In this document: positions 36,601 through 46,245 of the stretch, piece by piece
How the letters are laid out: each line of letters opens with the position of its first letter
Numbering within the stretch: the stretch's first letter is position 1
NCBI GenBank assembly: GCA_000934665.2
Contig: KZ538819.1
Location: forward strand, 1 to 46,245
DNA: 46,245 bases
Origin: Catajapyx aquilonaris
Taxonomy: Eukaryota
Reading direction: 5' to 3'
Position numbers and translations under genes: made by a program
Notes under the pieces: generated by a model
Seen by the model: only the letters and a program-made list of their open reading frames with translations
The model's database searches: none
What the model was told of the DNA's origin: nothing

Positions 36601-37350
36601 CACATCACTGTAGATCCCATGCTTGTTCGCCTTGTGAGTCTTGAGGAAGTACTTGTTGCAAAACTCTCTCTTGCACAGCTCGCAGTAAGCCTCCAAATTG
36701 AAGATACGCAGCGGCGGGGCCGGGGAGGTGGAGGATGGCGATGGGGAGACGGGCGTCGGCAGCGTCGGTGCCGTGGACAGAACAGATGGGGCGGTGGTGG
36801 AAGAAGAGGCGAAGAGGGGCAGCAGGAAGTGCGAGGAGAAAGGGAAAGTGGTGGACAGAGAGGCCGCCGCCAGGGGGGTGGTCATGGACGCCATCTCCAT
36901 GGCCGCCATCTTGGTCCCTTCTTTGCGGGCGTCGCCGTCCATACCGTCGTCCTCAGTCTTGTTGTAGTAGCTGGCGCGGGTCCCTGAGTAGGACAGGTTG
37001 AGCGGGGCCTCACCATCCTCCTGGTTCATGTCCTCGTCTTCGTCCACCATGTCCGGAAGCTGCGTCGCGGGGATGCGGACGGGACGCGACTGCTTCCGCC
37101 TTTGCTTGCCGTTGTTCAGGTTGTTGTTGTGGTTGTTGGCCCCACGGGATGACCCTGGAACGACATGCGACAAAGGTCATGCATGGTCGAAAATGTTTCG
37201 TCTCTCCAATAGCTTACCTGGGGACGCCCTCTCGTCGTCATCCCCCGACGCCGCCGACGCCCCAGACGCCGACGGAGGCGAATTGGCAACAGAGGAAGGA
37301 ACCCGGGCCAGATCCTCCTCTTGCAAACTTTTCACCAGCCCTGATGCCAT
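33651..37350 (-). CDS. Multi-C2H2 zinc-finger protein (13 dispersed fingers), ~1139 aa, probable transcriptional regulator
   Basis: Exons 37350-37218, 37154-36461, 36330-34085, 33997-33651 (3420 nt, GT-AG, in phase; ATG context GAAATGG). Fingers such as YCELCKREFCNKYFLKTHKANKH and YCNICQKELCNKYFMKIHMQKMH; RRKQSRPVRI and PLNLS motifs. The N-terminus may extend upstream (acceptor at 37427). Confidence 0.9.
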
Positions 37351-38909
37351 TTCACGACGTCGATGGACGTCTCCGACGACGCTCTCGACGCCTCCACCAG
37401 CTCGATCCGATGCCCTGGCCTTGCCCCTAAACATGCAAAAACATTTCGAGCGTGAAATTTGATTGCTGCTCTTGCACTTCGACAATAATGTGAAATGCAA
37501 ATATCCAAAGAGGTTCCCTGGAGTATGGTCCGCCCTATATATAAAAAATAGCACTTTGCTATAATTTTGTCACTTGTCTATCATTAGGGATGGCCCATAT
37601 TGAGAGCAGATGTGCATATTTGCGATAGTCTGGTAATTCCGCGACATGTTCGTTGTCATTTTATAATGGCTTCATAAATATGCGATGACATCCCGAAATG
37701 CCATAATTACGTCGCATATCTTTGCCTGAAATCAGATTGAGCTATTGTTTACAAAAAAATTTCAGCAGTTCTGTTTGTCTAATGGTAGCCTCCTAAAATT
37801 ACATGGTTATTCTCATAGCAAACCCAGCCATTATGGCGTCAGTTTTTTTTTCCCCCTCCACCAACAGTTGACGTGACGTTTCATGACCGTTCGTTTGTTC
37901 ACTTATTATGTGTATTGTACGTGGCTGCTTGTTTATATTGCGGTGGATCGTCTCACTACAGCTATGGCAGCCAAAATGTTCTTTGCATGCTCATTAACGT
38001 CACTGTAATTAATCTGCTCGTTGACAAACCACTTGAGCATGTTTACCGATAAGCTTTTTTTTATATCTGAAATATCCGCCGACTGTACAGTATCGGCACT
38101 GTAAACTTCATCCTGGGAAATCAGATTTCGGTCCTTAATACTCCTTTTCCGGAGATAGGTAAGCCGAGATTTTCACTTTCTTTTATTCAGCTCATTGCTA
38201 CGGACGGAAAAATCAATTCAGCTATTTTTACCACCGATGCTATAATCAGATCAGCGTTATCCATAATAGGCGGACCGCCGAGTCCACAGGTAACAGCCGA
38301 CAAATGACCCGCCTCCAAATCTGAAGATTGATACTCCTCCATTTATATACAGATGATGATCCAAAAGCTCAGGCTAAGGTTACTTATATCACATATACTA
38401 ATGAAGCAAACATCCCCCTTGCTCCCTTGGTATAAATAAGGAAGCAGATCATGTACAGACAGTGAATGGAAATGAGATCCACCAAGAAAGGTCGCGGTGA
38501 CCTTCCGGGTGTGACGGAATCGAAAGCTTAATTTGTTATTCGGACGGACCTCCAGATCAGGACAATGGATCTGGTGCGGTTGCTGGACGTAAATCAAGTG
38601 CTGCCAGTATCAACTAACTGTTAAAAGTGTATCGCAATAAGTCCTTCACTTTCAGTCGGTACCAAACATGGCGTTTGGACACTTGGATTCAGAATGGCGC
38701 CGGTGTACTGTATATTAACAGCGATTTTATTGGCAACACTGCTGAATTAATAATTAATATGTTATTGCCTGTGCTGTGTATACAGATTTTGCAAGCAGTT
38801 TCCACACCTTTATTTTTCCCCTGAGCACTGTCATTAATAAAATAGTGTTTGTCACTACCGAACTACAGTATATGGTAACATCCACATTATCCCCCCCCCC
38901 CCCCCCCCC

Positions 38910-39117
38910 NNNNNNNNNNNNNNNNNNNNNNNNNNNNNNNNNNNNNNNNNNNNNNNNNNNNNNNNNNNNNNNNNNNNNNNNNNNNNNNNNNNNNNNNNNN
39001 NNNNNNNNNNNNNNNNNNNNNNNNNNNNNNNNNNNNNNNNNNNNNNNNNNNNNNNNNNNNNNNNNNNNNNNNNNNNNNNNNNNNNNNNNNNNNNNNNNNN
39101 NNNNNNNNNNNNNNNNN
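38910..39117. other. Assembly gap (208 N) between poly-C tracts
   Basis: Run of N flanked by C homopolymers. Confidence 1.
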
Positions 39118-39424
39118 CCCTACCCCCCCCCCCCCCTCCCATACGATTTGATCTGAAAGGTTAGGGGTGGGAAAAAGGTGGTCGAGCCTAGAACGCGGAA
39201 GTAAGACTAACTGCCCTATCAGAATTCAACACGGATCCATTTTAAATCCTAATTCGTAGCAACCCCCCCACCATCCCCTCCATTGGTCACCTGACTGCTC
39301 GGTCCACATACATTTGAATGCGATCTAGTCACCGATAGACAGGTGCGTCATTGCGCACCTTCTTCCTCATACCGCCTTGAATTATCATAATGAGAAACAC
39401 TACTTGTTCTCAGTACCATCAACA

Positions 39425-39495
<71 letters not shown>
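39425..39495. repeat. (TAT)n microsatellite, ~23 units
   Basis: Perfect trinucleotide run. Confidence 0.97.
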
Positions 39496-42400
39496 GCCGA
39501 CTGTCATGGCAACTCTTCCCGCACCGTACGGCCAACAGCTTTGGGAGGGGTGTAATAATTTTGCCCGTGTTTTCTATATTTGCAAACCACTTTTGTGTTT
39601 TTGAAACGGTGCCGAGGGACTTCGTAAAACTCAAAAGACGTAAAAACAAAGCCGACCGCGCCGTTCCACGGAATTCCCATTTCCGGCGTTCCGGGCACCA
39701 CCTCCTGGGTGGCGACTCGCTTACTTCTGCACTTCACCGTCGGATGTCACTTCGATGCTGCTACTTGGTCTCTTTCTCTCCACTTTCGCACTTTTGCCAA
39801 ATTTTGGTAAGTTGGTGTCTATAGTTATATTATTATTATTCGTGATTGGGGCTTTTGAAAGAGGATGGAGCTTAGTTGACTGTACATACAAAGTTCGTCA
39901 ACAGTTTCTGGGCATATAGCGCGCATTGACACTCTGGGGACGAAATCAAATGAAAGTTTGAAAATAGGTCACAAGTTTGGATCAATATCTAGGAGGAAGG
40001 GTTTTCATACTTCCTCCCCCCCCCCCTTCCTGAACCCTAAGGTTCAGAAAATTTTCATTCACATTTCCTGTTGTAATATTTCAGGTACGTTTTTCCTGGT
40101 GAGAAGTTGACTCTAATTTATTGTGAGTGTGTTTTTTTATTTCAGCTTTTTCTGACTGTGAGCTTGAAATAGTAGCTGTTACTCACTGTCACATATAGCT
40201 ACTATATGCACATATCAACTTTTTGAGAACGACATGCAAGATCATTAATAGCGTTGCATTGATATGTCTATGGATCTAGAACATCCGGGATGTCTACTTG
40301 TGATTGGTCTGCCAGCCTGCACATCTCATTCAAGTGTTGCAAAACTATAGACAACTCCTATATATATATTTTTTTTTATTCTGATTATTCGATGTCACTC
40401 TATATATTTACCACTCTTGCCAGTCACATGAATGCACACATTGTGTCAGGTTCGGTTCAATCTAGTTCCACACACAATTGGAAAGAGAGAGAGACGGAAA
40501 AAAAACTATTGTTAAAGCAAAATTTACTCATCAAGGGATACAATACCCGAAGGCCTCATCATATAGACAAAAGGATAAATGAGAAGTGAAAATGGAATAG
40601 CGTGTGAAGATGTGGCTGGGTCGATATGATTTTTTATGGGATTAAAAAAGCACATATGGTTGGTTAAAAATTTACTGATTGTTAAATAATTAACATTTTT
40701 TTTTCAACGGGCATATTGCAAACAAATTATGAGTGTATCTTCATGCACTGCTAGTTTTTAGGATCAGTTTAAGAGATATAGACATTAATAGACATGCGAT
40801 ATTCTTTTTCCGCGGAATGACTTCGTGACGGACGTTGTAGATACGCTAAAATGGAAATAAATCCAATATTGACACATTCCTCAATTTGTAGACGATGCAT
40901 AGAGTTACCCTATTAGTAAGGCAGAAGCCATAGTCTAAATCCAGCTAGATTATTAAATCAGTGACATTCAATTCGTGGGTTATCGTATTTCGAAAATCAT
41001 AGGCTTCTCTAAAATTAGTTTCGACTCCCGATCGTTAAAATCTAATCATATTTGGTAGAGTTCACATGACCTTATCGGTTCCTCCTGAGCACGAACCCTT
41101 CTTTTTCCTCCTTACAATAAAATGCCAATTTTTTTGAAGAAAAAAAAATCGGGATAAGATGGTATTTATATTCAATCTGATTTCGGTTCCTGATAGCAAA
41201 CCTCCTCCAAAAAATAAATCAGTATGCACGATTTTCTAGAAAAGAAATCAAATTTAATGAGCATCTTGCCTATAATGATCGGGTTCCAAAATGGCGGAAA
41301 TGTCTGCAAAAAATTTCGGAGATCCTCATGGGACATTGCGGTTCGGAAAATTGTAATAGCCTAATAAAATAGTCTTGGGTTTTTTTTTTCCCCCCGGTTA
41401 TTTTTTTGTGTACGTATGTCCGACATTGACCTGAACTTGATGACAGCCGTGCAGACGGCAGGACAATTCGCTGGTCACGAACTCTTGGCGCACGCGGTCG
41501 ATCAACAGGATGAATCCTGATTGTAACACGCTGGATTTTTATCTGACCCTAACGTATCTGTCGGTCAGACGTCGTATAGCACGTGCTTCAGATGACCACC
41601 CAAATTGGCAGTGTTTGACCCAACAATCAGACTACCAGATGGAACTTTTATTTTAGCAATTTGATCAGATATTGTTTTTAAAAAAAGTGCTTACGTAAAG
41701 GTCACTTGTAATTTTCGAAGCGCAATTCAAAAGAACTGTAACGCAATTGTCTGGCATCTGGCGTGTGCTGTATAATGTTACTGTCGGAGAATATAGGAAT
41801 GCCATATATTACCATATCCTTTGAATGTCGCTTTTCGTTAACGCGGCGTTTGTACTGTATATATTTTTTAATATTTTTTAAAAACATGTACTGTACTGAA
41901 CTGTCCATTCAGCAAAAATTATGAGAGTTGTGAAGTGGGTGTGTATATTACGCCTGTATATTACTGGTTATTCAGATTGTGCTGATCGACAGTTTTCGCG
42001 AAAAGTGCACGCACGTTTGGTGTCGTTGACCGGAAACGACGAAGAACCTATGATTTTAAATATCTTCCTATGATTCATGGAATGCTCCGTCAGAGAAAAT
42101 TTGCAAGCGTGTTAAGATCCCTGTGACTCATTGTTTTACATGCCTCGTCATACTTTTAAATTGCTTATGAACTGCCGAGCATTGCATTGTATACTTCTCT
42201 GCCGCGCAAGTAAATAAGATACTAATTAAGGAATGCTGAAAAACAAAATTCTTTGCAAAATTTTAAAAAGATTATTCACAAGCTTCATATTTTTCCCAAC
42301 CAACAATAGCAATCGGATTGTGCCTGGAATGTTCCTAATGTATGTCAACCGTGAATAATGTTCATCGTCTTCTTCTGTAGGTCCGGTTGCACTGAACTGC

Positions 42401-44680
42401 TTATTCGTTGCCGATTGTTTCCTACAAACAACATCCGGCAGTTCATCTACCTTCACTGGTGTAATCTGATTTCAGTTTTTAAAACCCCCGCTTTCCCTCC
42501 CCATCACCATGTGCTCTCCCGCTCCAAGGGTCACGACCTCTCACCCTTTGACCCCAATGACCCCTAACCCTCCAAGAATCCTGACCTGTTCGGGCCACAG
42601 CATGACTCCAACGGGATCTTGGATCGGATCCCACTCGCCGGTCCGTCTACATAGGAACGTGCGTGAGATACCGGTACGGGCAGGTAAACAGCAATGATTG
42701 TTGTCTCAACAGAGGGATAGTAAATATGGGAGGATAGAATCAAAAAACAAATAAACAACAAAAAAATAAAAAGAGAGTTAACAGAACACAGCAGCACTGA
42801 ACCAGGCCTCCCAGCCGACTGACTGACACTACTCTCTCTGGATGGATGATGGAACCCTAACCTCCCCCCCCCCCTCTCTCTTCTGCCCCCCCCCCCCCTC
42901 CCCCTTCTCTTACCTCTATACCCCACGATCGAACACAGACGTCACCGTGTCGAGGGGGGCGGGGGAAATGGTGGAGAATTGGGAAAATGGGTTTTGGGAA
43001 AAGGGGGAGGTGGGGAGGATAGGACCACACATGCCGCCTCTTCCGCGCAGGTCGACGTCACCTAGGTCTGGGTCTGTTTTTTTGTTATTTGGTGTTTTTT
43101 TTTCGGAAGGGGGGGTAGTGTGAGATCCCCTGAATATTTAACAGGTGAATAGCGCTATTATGCATTTTCGGGGGGAGAAAATGGTATGTGCTAATTAGAT
43201 GGCAGTTTTCATTGTGAAATATTTGGACGATATCAACCTTTGTCTATATTCGTAGAATGCGTACCATGCGGTGCCGTATGGGTAGCTATTGTCAGAAAGA
43301 ATTAATTCAATGAGTGAAGTGACGCCATATCTGTGGAGTAGGCTACAAAAAAAGAAAAAAGAAAATTAAACATTGTTCAGTTCCAGCGACAAATGCCTGC
43401 TGTGAAAACAATGCTAAGCGTTGAAAAGACGAAAAACAAAACTATAAGGTATTGTATGAATGCGGCTTTTAGGGGCGTTAATGATGCCTCTTATGAAAGC
43501 TGTGTTGATGAAAATATTTCTCAGAGCATCTACAGAAGCCGGATGAACGTCATACTTTTTTTTTTTGAGCCATAAAAATAACCAACATTTGTTGTAAAGT
43601 ACAAAAGTGCAGAGCATTGACCTCTCTGATGATTACGAATTATGTTACCTGTACTTTGCTAGTACACGGTGACACATCACCTGACATGTGAGAGTTATAT
43701 GAAGTTTCCAGATTTTGCGACTTTACCTTTTTGGGAAAGTGTTCTGCCTATAGGTAACTGGCAACCAGTATGAACCACCATGTATTTCCAGTAAACGTGT
43801 CAGTGGAATTTCCATTCACATACCTCCATCTCTAAGAAAGCCGATTTGTCTATTTCTGCCGCGCTATCAGCTCTAGGCATATAATTTTTTGTGTGCACCA
43901 CGTGAACATTGAGCTCTAATAGTGCATATATTGCACCTGCACATCCATGCTAGCTCATGTCACATCTGGTCGGATTCCATGAAAGTTACAGGGTGGTTGG
44001 CATCTAAAGGTGATGGTCGCAGGTAAAAGAATCAAGATCGCGTGCTGTGAAAAGAAGCGTCTCGGAATCCGAGGCTATCCACCGATCAATGGATACTCGA
44101 ACAGGTGGCTACCAAGAATCAACAGGCCGCCATCCCACAGTTTTTTTCCCCCCATTCCTTTCCGTCTCTCTGATGCTCATTTTCCGGTACAGACCCCCAT
44201 CAAATCTATTTTCTATCAATATCCTAGGATTGGTCCCCTGGCAACCAGCAGGTGTGTCTTCGATGGATTTTTCAAAAGACAATATCTGGCAGCTTATATT
44301 TTTAGTCAAATATTTAGGGTGTGTAAACTGGGTGAATTTTAAAGTTTTGTATACCTAACGTATGTTGCGTGATCGCCTGGTTGTGGACAGTACATATTTC
44401 ATGCATTGAAAAAAGGTATGACATAACTTGGTTACGTGGCTTTCCAGCTACTTCAATAGACATTGGTGGAATTTTACAGCAGTAGTTTGGGTTACATGGG
44501 CAGTAACAGGTGGCACGCTAGTTGATAGCTACAAAGAGTTCCAATATATATGTTGAAAAAAAAAGAAGAAATTTGTCACTAATATGCTGGAATACTAATT
44601 TTTAGAGTAAAATATTTGAACTAATTTTTGGTTATAAATTGGTTGGGCCCATCCAGCAAAATTTATATTAAAATGATTTT

Positions 44681-44973
44681 ACCGAAGCAGTTTGGTGGCG
44701 TGGATAAGGTGTTCGACTGCTAATCGGGAGGTCCTGGGTTCGAGTCCCGGGACCGGCAATCCTAACCGTGGTTTTCTGTGGTTTCTCACGGTCCCCCCAG
44801 GAGAATTCCGGGATTGCTTCCTAAATAATAGGCCACAGCCGCATCCTTCCGTCCCTTATCCCAAAAAGCAATGTAAAAATGAAAGCAAAGAGTTCCACAG
44901 TCAAAACAAAATTGGAATGAACTCCCCCCCCCCCCTAAAGAGCCGCCGGCTGATAACGGGGTATGAATTATTA
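44681..44973 (+). mobile_element. tRNA-derived SINE (copy S4)
   Basis: tRNA-like head (GGTGGCGTGG...CTGCTAA...GGTTCGAGTCCC), body GGTTTTCTGTGGTTTCTC...TAGGCCACAGCCGCATCCTTCC, perfect 18-bp TSD TTATATTAAAATGATTTT at 44663-44680 and 44974-44991. Confidence 0.9.
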
Positions 44974-45897
44974 TTATATTAAAATGATTTTTAAATATGA
45001 AAATTAAATTTGTAGAATTCCTCCAGTGCTGTTTACCCATCATATTTCAATATCATGCTATAATGACCACATGGTTAAAATCCCCCCCCCCCACCTCCCT
45101 CAAAAAAAATGATAAGGTCCACTATTTCCAAGCCTCCGCCAGCACAGATTTATCGAAAATTATTGGAACGTTTCTATTGATTTCCGAGGCCATTTCCTGC
45201 AACTATCGGCGAAATCGACGGTTGGGAGAGATGTGGAGGGGGGCAACATTGGAGGGGGGGTTTTGGGTGCGGGACTGGGAGGGGGGGGGGGAGATTGGAC
45301 AGGAGAAAAGAGGGAAGAAGTAGAGTAGAAATCAATGCGCGACCGATTGACACGGCCGCAGCGCGGCGCCAGATGATTGGTCAGGCCAAAAAGTGTCGTG
45401 AAACATTGAAACGGTCATGGAAAGAGAGAAATGTGGAAGAGGGAGAGAGATAAGTCTCATCCATCCAGATCGATTGGTTAGATCACCCCGGAATTTTTTT
45501 AGCGATAATATATATACGGAAGTGGCATATTAAACAGCGATTTGATTGTGGCCAATCCAAATCTGACTTTGATTTTGTTTGTTTGGTTTGGTTTTCTCCC
45601 CTCCTTCCCGCGAGTCCCCTCTCGAAGGTAACTATAGTGATTTTTAGGCGGGAGACTTTGCATAAAGCATGAGGAACAAACGCACACGACACGCCTCCAA
45701 CAAATCCGGGTCTCGACATCCCCTGGGTTTGATTGACACCCCCCTCATGTCCTCCGGAATGTTTATCGTTGTTACACCCTTCAATTCAGGTATGTAAACA
45801 ACAACAGCACGAACCGGTAGATGTCACCACGTCACTCAGCATGTTCGATACATTGAAATTACGATAGATATTCTCGTAATATCGTATGGTATGGTTT

Positions 45898-46158
45898 AAA
45901 AAAATACAAAAATACAAAAATTTACCCTGTGATAGGGCGGAGCCCTTTTAGGGGGGAAGGGGAGGTTCCCGAGGGAGGGAGCTGTAATTATAGTCATTTC
46001 TGACTTTCTGAAATACACCAGACCTTTTCTCCTGGCCCTGGGCAGAGTAGGGAGTGCAATTCTGCCCCGGCATGTCGGGTGAAAAGCGGAAAAAGACTCG
46101 ACCAAGCAGAGGTGACGGGACGGGATTTGAACCCCGGCCTCCCGGTTAGCTGGCCACT
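45898..46158 (-). mobile_element. tRNA-derived SINE (copy S5, same family as S2, 5'-truncated)
   Basis: The reverse complement has B box GGTTCAAATCCC and TTTTCACCCGAC, AGAATTGCACTCCC, GAGAAAAGGTCT, GTCAGAAATGACTA, all shared with 6737-7042. Confidence 0.85.
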
Positions 46159-46245
46159 GGCGTATGGTAAGCATGGTTTGAAAGTACAATATTGCATGTT
46201 TGATATCGAAATTACGATAGATATTCTCATAATATCGTATGGTAT

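Noticed and set aside
33521..37462. Numerous overlapping plus-strand and alternate-frame ORFs
   Set aside because: Shadows of the GC-rich zinc-finger CDS.
38500..38620. LICYSDG…GSGAV resembling an RNase H N-terminus
   Set aside because: Short, bounded by stops, no other RNase H or RT motifs.
39390..39824. Poly-Ile ORFs on both strands
   Set aside because: Artefacts of the (TAT)n microsatellite.

Overview
Animal genomic DNA, probably an invertebrate and most like an arthropod (short 60-170 nt GT-AG introns, ModSP-type protease, tRNA-derived SINEs). Four genes could be reconstructed by hand. (1) An F-box/LRR gene (minus, 8581-9717). (2) A secreted 9-exon serine protease (minus, 10119-12503) with signal peptide, 6-Cys Sushi/Wonton-like domain and intact His-Asp-Ser triad, followed by a hidden spliced Pro-rich linker and an unrecognised 10-Cys C-terminal domain. 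(3) A 6-exon omega-amidase NIT2 (plus, 13850-16551), head-to-head with the protease. (4) A 4-exon, about 1139-aa protein with 13 dispersed C2H2 fingers (minus, 33651-37350), flanked by long non-coding regions. The rest contains nested transposons (a long-TIR element with three insertions, mariner and rosa-like transposase relics, MITEs), five tRNA-derived SINE copies that share modules, a 22-bp minisatellite, a (TAT)n microsatellite, many poly-G/C tracts and a 208-N gap. There is no CRISPR or prokaryotic content. The strongest novelty candidates are the protease's C-terminal Cys-rich domain, the ZnF protein's motifs, the mosaic SINEs and a GC-rich island with two divergent decayed spliced ORFs (about 2840-4510). 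All gene models are manual and no database search was run.
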